Positions 17,616-25,067 of a stretch of 35,615 bases of DNA are shown one piece after another (positions within the stretch are counted from its first letter, which is position 1; every line of letters starts with the position of its first letter). The stretch comes from Azospirillum sp. 51_20 (lineage in GTDB: Bacteria > Verrucomicrobiota > Kiritimatiellia > RFP12 > UBA1067), in contig CAVCAF010000002.1 in NCBI GenBank assembly GCA_963600185.1, positions 1 through 35,615 on the forward strand, written 5' to 3'. The position numbers and the translations under genes were made by a program. Below the pieces are notes generated by a model, which saw only the letters and a list, made by a program, of their open reading frames with translations, was not told the origin of the DNA and ran no database searches.

Positions 17616-17803
17616 AAAACGGTCGCGTCTCGGCTTAAAGAAGGTCGCTTGCTAGGAGGAGAAAGGAAAAGTGTCGGGACGGTTTTGAAAAAGCGTCCCG
17701 ACGGTTTTATAAAAGTGTCGGGACACTTTTTTGAAACCGTCCCGACACTTTTCCTTCATCTTACTTTGTCGCGCCCGTTTTGACGCTTAGACGCGACCTT
17801 TTT
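17616..17803. repeat. 188-bp indel-free imperfect palindrome containing four GTCGGGAC/GTCCCGAC octamers; likely a bidirectional terminator or MITE-like element
   Basis: The symmetry centre is at 17709/17710, inside TTTTATAAAA. The outer inverted repeat is 17616-17630 / 17789-17803 (14 of 15 positions), flanked by A4 and T6. The middle inverted repeat is 17665-17685 / 17734-17754 (21 of 21). By hand count 72 of 94 arm positions are complementary. Confidence 0.8.
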
Positions 17804-17823
17804 TAAGCCTTAACACGCCCTAA

Positions 17824-18852
17824 TTACAGCGCGGGGCGGAGGACCATGTTCTTGAAGTCCGCGTCAGAGTGGTCGCCCTGCAGATAGATGAAGCCAGGCA
17901 CGAACTCATTCGCGTCCACGGCACCACCCGTCACACCGACGACAGGCGTATTGTCAATAATGGTTTGTCCGTTCAAGACAACCGTTAAGTGGCGCTTATA
18001 GAGCGTGACACTCACGTGCTGCCATTCGCCCGCGGGCTTTTCCGCGGCAACTTTCGGGACGACGCGTCCGTAGTACGCGGCCATGTTGTGTTCGTTGACG
18101 GGCTTACCGTAGCTGTCGACAACCTGGATCTCGTAGCGTCCACGAAGGTACACGCCCGAGTTGGAATTCTTCGGCACGCGCACATCATACTCGAGGTTGA
18201 AGTCGTAGAAGTCCGCGCGCTTGGTGCGGAGGTTCACGCCGCCACCTGCCCAAGAGCCGTCCGCCTTGAGCCCGAGCTTGTTAGAAAGAACGCCGTCCTT
18301 GAACGACCAGCCGAACTTGCCCGTCTTCTCGATTGCTTCCCATCCGTTGAGACCATCCTTGAGGAGGTCGATAGGCGCGCCGAACTTCGCGTCCTTCGTC
18401 GAGGCATTCATGTCAATGGGCGGATTGCGCCAGCCCTCGATCGTGATAATCTTGCCGTCCTTCTCGGTTGCCTTAGCGGTGAGGGTCTTGCCGTTGACCG
18501 TGCCTTCAACCTTGAAGCCCCACGGATGATCAAACGAGAACTTGTTGCCCTCGAACTTCGCGTTCTTTACCGGCACGGGCGACGCCCAACGCCAAAGAAC
18601 GATTGCCTGGGCATTGCCGAGCGCGTCACGCGACGCGAGCATGTGCCCCGCGAACATATTATCATAGCCGAGCTTGAGACCCCAGTTGCCGATAACCGGG
18701 TCGCACTTCTCGCACGCTTCGGGCGCGGCACATTTGCACGCGGCGGTCGGCGTCGGGCAGGTGCAAGCAGGCTTAGCGCTTGTCGCCTTAGGCGTACAGC
18801 AGGTGCACCCCGCGACTGCCGCGAGTGCTGGGACGATTAACTTTAGGTTCAT
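17824..18852 (-). CDS. Secreted DUF1080 (3-keto-disaccharide hydrolase-like) lipoprotein with a Cys-rich N-terminal linker
   Basis: The signal peptide and lipobox are LAAVAGC. The DUF1080 pattern is W..KDGVL...DFYDFNLEYDVRV..NSNSGVYLRGRYEIQVVDSYG...GEWQHVSVTL...VVLNGQTI...IYLQGDHSDADFKNMVLRP. Confidence 0.8.
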   Translation of the reverse strand: MNLKLIVPALAAVAGCTCCTPKATSAKPACTCPTPTAACKCAAPEACEKCDPVIGNWGLKLGYDNMFAGHMLASRDALGNAQAIVLWRWASPVPVKNAKFEGNKFSFDHPWGFKVEGTVNGKTLTAKATEKDGKIITIEGWRNPPIDMNASTKDAKFGAPIDLLKDGLNGWEAIEKTGKFGWSFKDGVLSNKLGLKADGSWAGGGVNLRTKRADFYDFNLEYDVRVPKNSNSGVYLRGRYEIQVVDSYGKPVNEHNMAAYYGRVVPKVAAEKPAGEWQHVSVTLYKRHLTVVLNGQTIIDNTPVVGVTGGAVDANEFVPGFIYLQGDHSDADFKNMVLRPAL

Positions 18853-18908
18853 CTTCGTATTTTCCTTTATTTGTGGAGTTTAGTGATAAAACTTTGATTG
18901 GCGTCGCC

Positions 18909-20237
18909 TTACTTCGCGCCGTTCGTCGCCCAAGTATAGGTCTGGTTCGGGGCGGGCGGGACGTACCCGTGCGTCGAGCCTTGCACCCAGTTAATCTTCT
19001 TGGGGCCTGGGATGTTGTTAAAGAGGATGGCGAGTCCGCTCGGCGGGCAGACATAGTCCCCGAGACCCGCGCGGGTGATGATCGTAAGGCAGGTCTTCGG
19101 AATGCGCCGCGCCATATTGATTGGGTCGTAATAGCCGAGCCCGGGCGACCAATGGATGTACCAACCGCCGCGCAGGCGCCCATACGCCGTGCCGCCCATA
19201 TCGCAGCACCATGTAATGCCCGACTCAGCCCGCGTCACATCGCCATCGAGTGCCGCCGCCCAAATCGTCTGCAAGCCGCCTTGGCTACCGCCCGAAGCAA
19301 TCAGGTCTTTACCATTCCATTCTGGTAGCGACTTCAAGTATTCCAGTGCCCGCATGACCCGCAGCGCCATACCATTAAAGTAGGCAGTCTCTGGGTCCTT
19401 ATTCTGCGCGGGGTCAAAGGCATAGCTCATGTTGCCACTCTGGATTTCCCAGCCAAGCGCCTTGTAGTAGCCCTCATCCGCACCGAACGCGCCGAGGCGC
19501 TGTCCGTGCGCATTAATCTCAAGGACAATCTCATTATCGCGTGCACTCGCTGGCGGATTATGCGGCACGCGGTAGCTGTAACCGTGGGTTTCGAGGCGGC
19601 ACGGATACTTCTTCTCCGCCGAAGCATCCGCCGGCATTGAGAGGTACCCCGTCACAGGGCGCACCGAGGGACAAGTAATCTCAATCGCGTAAATCCTGCC
19701 CTTCTTGCTCGCGACTTCCTTGCGTTCCGCCTTCATAGGCATTGCCGCGAGGCGTGTCTTCTGCCGCGCCCAGAACTCATCATAGTCCTTCGGTTCGGGA
19801 TAGCCCTGCAACTTCTCAGGTTCAACCCCCGCGCCACCATCAAAGAAGATCTTCGCCGCGTCCCCATGGTACTTCTTATTGTCCTTCGCGTAAGCCTTGC
19901 CATTCTTATCGTAAAGCTCGGCATAAATACGCACAAACCCTGGCTCCACGAGACTCGTCTCTATAAGGATAGGCTGATTAAGGACGGCGGGCACTTCGCC
20001 TTCCTGACGCTTGCCGTCATCGCCCGTGCGGTTCCACTTAACAATGTATTCGCCTTCGGGGATCGTCGCCTCACCCGTGAGCTTCAGCTCAAAGGACATC
20101 TTCTCACCGGGCGCATAGAACGCCTTGTCCTCTAGCGTGCGCCCCCTTAGAAGCACATTATCAAACGGACCTGCCCACGCGGCAAACCCGACCCCAACTG
20201 CCGCGATCGCGGCACTTAGTACTTTATCTAACTGCAT
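18909..20237 (-). CDS. Acetyl-xylan esterase / CE7-type alpha/beta hydrolase with an N-terminal extra domain
   Basis: It has a signal peptide and the GGSQGG nucleophile elbow (LIASGGSQGGLQTIWAAAL) characteristic of the AXE1/CE7 family. An AAAGGAAAG ribosome-binding site lies upstream. Confidence 0.7.
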   Translation of the reverse strand: MQLDKVLSAAIAAVGVGFAAWAGPFDNVLLRGRTLEDKAFYAPGEKMSFELKLTGEATIPEGEYIVKWNRTGDDGKRQEGEVPAVLNQPILIETSLVEPGFVRIYAELYDKNGKAYAKDNKKYHGDAAKIFFDGGAGVEPEKLQGYPEPKDYDEFWARQKTRLAAMPMKAERKEVASKKGRIYAIEITCPSVRPVTGYLSMPADASAEKKYPCRLETHGYSYRVPHNPPASARDNEIVLEINAHGQRLGAFGADEGYYKALGWEIQSGNMSYAFDPAQNKDPETAYFNGMALRVMRALEYLKSLPEWNGKDLIASGGSQGGLQTIWAAALDGDVTRAESGITWCCDMGGTAYGRLRGGWYIHWSPGLGYYDPINMARRIPKTCLTIITRAGLGDYVCPPSGLAILFNNIPGPKKINWVQGSTHGYVPPAPNQTYTWATNGAK

Positions 20238-20271
20238 ATCAGCTTTCCTTTATCATCATTATTGATTAAGG

Positions 20272-20280
20272 ATTATACCA
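20272..20280 (-). promoter_or_regulatory. Extended -10 TGGTATAAT for the esterase-DUF1080 operon
   Basis: The reverse complement of attatacca reads TGGTATAAT. The ~34-nt leader carries AAAGGAAAG. Confidence 0.45.
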
Positions 20281-20340
20281 TATCACGGGAGGCGTTGCAA
20301 CCCAAAACTGACGAAAGTTGCGCACAAGCGCGGCGAAATT

Positions 20341-20349
20341 TGCTATAAT
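20341..20349 (+). promoter_or_regulatory. Extended -10 TGCTATAAT, 8 nt before the GTG start of mfd
   Basis: This is an exact TGnTATAAT. An in-frame TAA at 20346-20348 means GTG at 20358 is the first possible start. Confidence 0.4.
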
Positions 20350-20357
20350 ATCTAACC

Positions 20358-23300
20358 GTGCGCTCTGCACTAGAGAAGTTTACCGCGGCATGGTCCGCGA
20401 GCCTACCCCTCCCATTAGCCGAAGGGGATGTCGCGATTTCGTCCCTAACGGGTTCTGCGGATGCCTTTCTCGCCGCGGCACTTAGCCTAGAAGACGGCAC
20501 CCCCCGCGTCATTCTCGCGATTACCCCTGGGCTCCCCGATGCCGAACGCCTGACGGATGACCTACTACTTATTACGGAGCGCCTAGATTGCCGCGTCATG
20601 AACTTCCCGCCCCTCCTAGAGGATGACCCCACAACCTTGGGTTCGCGCCTTAAAGTTCTCGCGGCACTTAGGGAGGCGGATTCCCTCACGCGTCCCTTAA
20701 TCATTACGGCGGGCTACCCCGCCCTCGCCGCACCTGTCCCCAAAGGACATGTCGCGACCCTCACCCTTTCTGCCCAAAATGGTAGCCCCCAAGGCAACTT
20801 CTCCGCTGTAAAGGAGTCCCTCGTCAAACTCGGCTATAACCGCGCCCCGCTCGTCGAAAAGCAAGGCGACTGGTCGCTCCGCGGCGGAATTATTGATGCA
20901 TGGTCGCCAGGCGAGGAGTTTCCGCTCCGTCTCGAGTATTTCGGTGAGGAACTCGAAAGCCTACGCCTCTTTGATTGCGCGAGCCAACGCTCCATAAAGT
21001 CCGTCCCCGAGGCAACCTTCGCACCCATAAAACTAGAAGAAACGGACGAAAAGACGTGCTTTTTTAATCTTTTGCCGCGAAAGTGCCGCGTTCTCGCCCT
21101 GGAGCATAATGCCTATACCTTGCCCGATGAGGCAAAGTCTCTTCGCACAGTTTTCACAGGCGACCCGCCTCCCCCCAATACCCCAACCACACCCTTCCAG
21201 ACGATTCCCTTACCCGGATTTGCAGAACTTGGCGCGGAAACCGCCCACCACCCCGAACTCTTTACCGAAGCGCGTAAGCGCCTAGATACCCACCTCACCG
21301 CGGCAAAATTGCGCGGCGATTGTGTAGTAGAAGTGGCGGAACTCTCAAGCGGATTCGAGTTGCCGGGGCTAATCGTCTGCACCCGCGCCGACCGCGTCTA
21401 TACGAAACGCATCCGCCGCGCCAAACCTCGTGCGGACTTCAATCGGGGGGCTCGGCTAGATGACTTCGATTCCCTCGAACCAGGCGAATATGTTGTCCAT
21501 ATAGACTATGGTATCGGACGCTACCTCGGCTCCAGCGAAATCCTAATGGACGGCAAGCGTGCCGAGGTTTTCACGATTGAATATGCCGACGGTGCCAAAT
21601 TACACATCCCTGCCGCCCACGCCCACCTCCTCTCCCGTTATGTCGGGGTCAAGGGCGAAACCGTCAAACTCCACCGCTTAGATGGTGCAAAATGGCAAAA
21701 AGATAAACTTTCTGCACAAAAAGCTGTCGCCGATCTCGCCGCGGCACTTCTAGACACCCAAGCAAAGCGTGAAACCGTCCCTGGCTTCGCCTATGAGATC
21801 CCCTGCGATGGCTTAGAGGCATTCGAGGCGGACTTCCCCTACGACGAGACACCCGACCAAAAAGCAGCCATTGCCGCGATAAAGACGGATCTCGCCAAAA
21901 CGCGTCCCATGGATCGCCTGATTTGCGGTGACGCGGGGTATGGCAAAACCGAAGTCGCTATGCGCGCGGCGTATATTGCCGCCCTAAATGGTAAGCAAGT
22001 CGCCGTCCTCGCCCCAACAACCGTGCTCGCCGAACAGCATTTCGAGACCTTCACCGTCCGTTTTGAAGGGACTCCCGTACGCATAGAGTCCCTTTCCCGC
22101 TTCCAATCTCTTGGCACACGCGAAGGCACCCTGCGCCGACTTGCCGCGGGAACTTGCGACATCATTATCGGCACCCACGCCCTCCTTTCGGAGCGCGTCC
22201 GCTTTCATGATCTTGGGCTGATTGTCGTAGACGAAGAGCAACGCTTCGGGGTGCGCCATAAAGAGTTCCTGAAACACTTAAGGGCTACGGCGGATGTCCT
22301 TACCCTTTCGGCTACACCTATTCCACGGACACTATACCTCTCTATGACTGGAGCCCGCGACCTTTCCCTTTTGCGCACCCCACCCCGGGAGCGCGTCGCC
22401 GTAGAAACTGTCGTTGCCCGTGATAATGACCTCGTTATTGCCCAGGCAATTGATCGCGAAGTTAAGCGCGGCGGACAAGTCTTTTTCCTCCATAATCGGG
22501 TAAGTACCATAGAGCGCGTCAAAGCACGCCTCAAGGGACTTTGCCCCGACCTAAACATAATCGTCGCCCATGGACAAATGGATGCCCGCCTCCTCGCCCG
22601 AAAAATGCAAGCTTTCGAGCGCGGCAAAGCCGAAATCCTCCTCTCTACTACCATAATTGAGAGCGGAATCGACATCCCACGCGCCAATACGATCCTTATA
22701 GACAGGGCGGATACCTTTGGACTCGCCGACCTCTACCAATTGCGGGGACGCGTTGGACGCGCGGCAGTTCCTGGGCGGGCGATCTTTCTTTTACCCGCTA
22801 CTGGAAATATTGACTCCGAAGCCCGCGAAAGACTCGCCGCCCTTAAACGCCATGGGGGACTCGGGGCTGGATTCAATCTCGCCGTGCGTGATTTGGAATT
22901 GCGTGGCGCGGGAGACCTCCTCGGTAAGCGCCAATCAGGTCACATCGCGGCAGTTGGCTTTACACTTTATTGCCAACTTTTACAACGCGCTGTCGCCAAA
23001 CTGAAGGGCGAAAAGTTGCCAGAAATCGCCGTTGTCACGCTAAATCTCGACTTTATCGACGCGTCCCCCGCTTCGGATGACCTCGAAAGTGCCGCGATGA
23101 TACCTTATACCTATATAGAGGAAGATGTCCAGCGCCTAAGTTTCATGAAACGCCTCGCCGAAGCAAGTGACCTAAAGTCCCTTACGGAACTCAAAGACGA
23201 ATTAGCCGACCGCTTTGGTCCCCTCCCCCCAGCCACAAAGCGCCTAATTGCCGTCGCTCAATTGCGGATCTTAAGTGCACAAGCGAAACTCGTCCGTATT

Positions 23301-23432
23301 GACACGCGCGAAAACAAAGCCTTCTTACGCGATAGGTCTCAGCAAGTCATTGCCGTTATAGACCTAAAAGGCAAGACAGCGGACTCTAAACTCAATGAGA
23401 TTCGCCGCGCTGTAAAGTCTCAGCTACCTTAA
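20358..23432 (+). CDS. mfd: Transcription-repair coupling factor
   Basis: The 1024-aa protein has GDAGYGKTEVAMRAA (Walker A), VVDEEQRFGV, SATPIPRTL and LRGRVGR. The N-terminal ISSLTGSADAFLAAAL aligns with the E. coli Mfd LTGAACATLVAEI region. Confidence 0.95.
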   Translation: MRSALEKFTAAWSASLPLPLAEGDVAISSLTGSADAFLAAALSLEDGTPRVILAITPGLPDAERLTDDLLLITERLDCRVMNFPPLLEDDPTTLGSRLKVLAALREADSLTRPLIITAGYPALAAPVPKGHVATLTLSAQNGSPQGNFSAVKESLVKLGYNRAPLVEKQGDWSLRGGIIDAWSPGEEFPLRLEYFGEELESLRLFDCASQRSIKSVPEATFAPIKLEETDEKTCFFNLLPRKCRVLALEHNAYTLPDEAKSLRTVFTGDPPPPNTPTTPFQTIPLPGFAELGAETAHHPELFTEARKRLDTHLTAAKLRGDCVVEVAELSSGFELPGLIVCTRADRVYTKRIRRAKPRADFNRGARLDDFDSLEPGEYVVHIDYGIGRYLGSSEILMDGKRAEVFTIEYADGAKLHIPAAHAHLLSRYVGVKGETVKLHRLDGAKWQKDKLSAQKAVADLAAALLDTQAKRETVPGFAYEIPCDGLEAFEADFPYDETPDQKAAIAAIKTDLAKTRPMDRLICGDAGYGKTEVAMRAAYIAALNGKQVAVLAPTTVLAEQHFETFTVRFEGTPVRIESLSRFQSLGTREGTLRRLAAGTCDIIIGTHALLSERVRFHDLGLIVVDEEQRFGVRHKEFLKHLRATADVLTLSATPIPRTLYLSMTGARDLSLLRTPPRERVAVETVVARDNDLVIAQAIDREVKRGGQVFFLHNRVSTIERVKARLKGLCPDLNIIVAHGQMDARLLARKMQAFERGKAEILLSTTIIESGIDIPRANTILIDRADTFGLADLYQLRGRVGRAAVPGRAIFLLPATGNIDSEARERLAALKRHGGLGAGFNLAVRDLELRGAGDLLGKRQSGHIAAVGFTLYCQLLQRAVAKLKGEKLPEIAVVTLNLDFIDASPASDDLESAAMIPYTYIEEDVQRLSFMKRLAEASDLKSLTELKDELADRFGPLPPATKRLIAVAQLRILSAQAKLVRIDTRENKAFLRDRSQQVIAVIDLKGKTADSKLNEIRRAVKSQLP

Positions 23433-24120
23433 TAGCCTGCACCGTTTCGCGCACATCATGGACGCGAATAACCTGCGCTCCATTTAGTGCACACCAGACG
23501 GCAAGCCCCACATTCCCGCCTAAGTTCTTACCCGTTACCTTCTCCCCTGTCAACTTCTTAATTATGCGTTTACGGCTAGCCCCAATCAAAACGCGCCCCT
23601 TCTTCGCATATTCGGGGAGTCGCCGTAGGAGGTCTAAATCCTCCTCGCGCGTCGTCCCAAACCCAATCATTGGGTCAAGATAAAGCCGCGCCTTAAAGGG
23701 TGTAAGGTCAAGTTTAGGGTCATCTTTACACGAAAGCGGCAATACAAGTTCCGCTTTTGGGTAGCGTGCCAGTAGTTCTAGCATTTCAGGGATGGGCTCA
23801 GGGTAGACACAATTGAGAATCGTCGCACCATTCTCGAGTGCAAATGCCGCGGTTTCGGGGTGGTAAGTGTCGACTGAAATAGGGAGGTTTACCGCCTTCA
23901 CGAGAAGAGCCAAAACTGGTTTAAGCCGCGCTATCTCATCTTTCGCCGTAAGGGGTGTCGCCCCAGGGCGCGTGGATTCCGCCCCCAAATCAAGAATTGC
24001 CGCGCCTTCTTCCACCATGTTTTTCGCGCGGCGCAGGGCTTCCTCGGGTTTATAGTACATGCCTCCATCCGAAAATGAATCGGGGGTGACATTGATAATG
24101 CCCATCACTTGGCAGTTCAT
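23392..24120 (-). CDS. folP: Dihydropteroate synthase
   Basis: Motifs are MGIINVTPDSFSDGG, ILDLGAESTRPGA and ISVDTYH. The product is 242 aa. Its 3' end overlaps the mfd 3' end. Confidence 0.9.
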   Translation of the reverse strand: MNCQVMGIINVTPDSFSDGGMYYKPEEALRRAKNMVEEGAAILDLGAESTRPGATPLTAKDEIARLKPVLALLVKAVNLPISVDTYHPETAAFALENGATILNCVYPEPIPEMLELLARYPKAELVLPLSCKDDPKLDLTPFKARLYLDPMIGFGTTREEDLDLLRRLPEYAKKGRVLIGASRKRIIKKLTGEKVTGKNLGGNVGLAVWCALNGAQVIRVHDVRETVQAIKVAETLQRGESH

Positions 24121-24122
24121 AA

Positions 24123-25067
24123 TTAAGCAAACTCCTTTAAAATTGTGTAGATTTCACCGAGTGTCCGCACCTTATTTAGCCGCGCCCGCAACTTTGCCGC
24201 GCCCGGACGCCCATTAAAATACCGAAAAAGGTGCGTATGCATCTTTATTGAAGTATATCCATCAAGACTCGGGAGTGGCTCATTCGGGAAGTGCGCGACA
24301 AGTTGCTTATAAAAGTCAAGTATAAGCCCAAGATGCCGCGCGGCAAGTTCTCCGCCCTCCGCTCCAAAACCTGCCGCGCCTTTAAGTTTCGCGAAGATAT
24401 CTGGATGGGCAAGCGCGGCGCGTCCAATAAGAATCCCCGCGACTCCTGTCTTCTCCATTGCCTTAGCCGTCGCCGCGTCCGTCACGGACCCATTACCGAT
24501 AACAGGGATATGCGCCGCTTCTACCACTTCCGCGAGCCTATCTAGATGGATAGTCCCCCCATGGCATTGGCTCGTATAGCGTGCGTGAAGGAGAAGACCC
24601 TTCGCCCCCGCCGCCTCGGCTATGGAAAGTATCTCAAAGATGTTCGTGTTGCCAGGGTGAGGACCTAGGCGCGTCTTTAGCGTCACGGGCAAAGTCGTAT
24701 TCGCGACCATTGTCTCTAGCAGGCGACCAATTTTGGCTGGCTCTTCCATTAACTTCGCCCCCGCCCCCGCACGAGTAACGGTGCGCATAGGGCACCCCGC
24801 GTTAAGGTTGAGTTCCGTAAACCGCCCTAAGTCCGTAATGTACTTCGCCGCGTAGGCAATATCCCGCTCTTCCGCGCCAAAAATCTGGCAGGCGACTGCC
24901 TTTTCGGCTGGAAAAGTCTCCAAAAGGCGCAAGGTTGGCTTGTGTCCATGGGCAAGTGCCGCCGCGCTCACCATTTCCGTATAGGTAAGATCTGCGCCCC
25001 CTTCTTGACACAGTAGCCGAAAGGGTGCGTCCGTAAAGTCGGCGAGCGGCGCGAGAAAATACTTCAT
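24123..25067 (-). CDS. tRNA-dihydrouridine synthase
   Basis: Motifs are LAPLADFTDAPFRLLC...TEMVSA and NLNAGCP, consistent with a TIM-barrel flavoenzyme. The product is 314 aa. Confidence 0.9.
   Translation of the reverse strand: MKYFLAPLADFTDAPFRLLCQEGGADLTYTEMVSAAALAHGHKPTLRLLETFPAEKAVACQIFGAEERDIAYAAKYITDLGRFTELNLNAGCPMRTVTRAGAGAKLMEEPAKIGRLLETMVANTTLPVTLKTRLGPHPGNTNIFEILSIAEAAGAKGLLLHARYTSQCHGGTIHLDRLAEVVEAAHIPVIGNGSVTDAATAKAMEKTGVAGILIGRAALAHPDIFAKLKGAAGFGAEGGELAARHLGLILDFYKQLVAHFPNEPLPSLDGYTSIKMHTHLFRYFNGRPGAAKLRARLNKVRTLGEIYTILKEFA

Noticed and set aside
17601-17783. A 60-aa GTG-initiated ORF spanning the GTCGGGAC palindrome
   Set aside because: Its peptide repeats simply mirror the DNA repeats. 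It has no ribosome-binding site, and the nucleotide-level symmetry explains the region better.
17989-18840. A 283-aa ORF on the plus strand
   Set aside because: It is antisense to the DUF1080 lipoprotein gene. Its Arg/Ala/Val-rich composition is typical of shadow ORFs, and I recognise no motif.
20273-20704. A 143-aa minus-strand ORF across the mfd 5' region
   Set aside because: It is antisense to conserved Mfd N-terminal coding sequence and crosses the divergent promoter region. It has a Ser/Arg-rich shadow-ORF composition.
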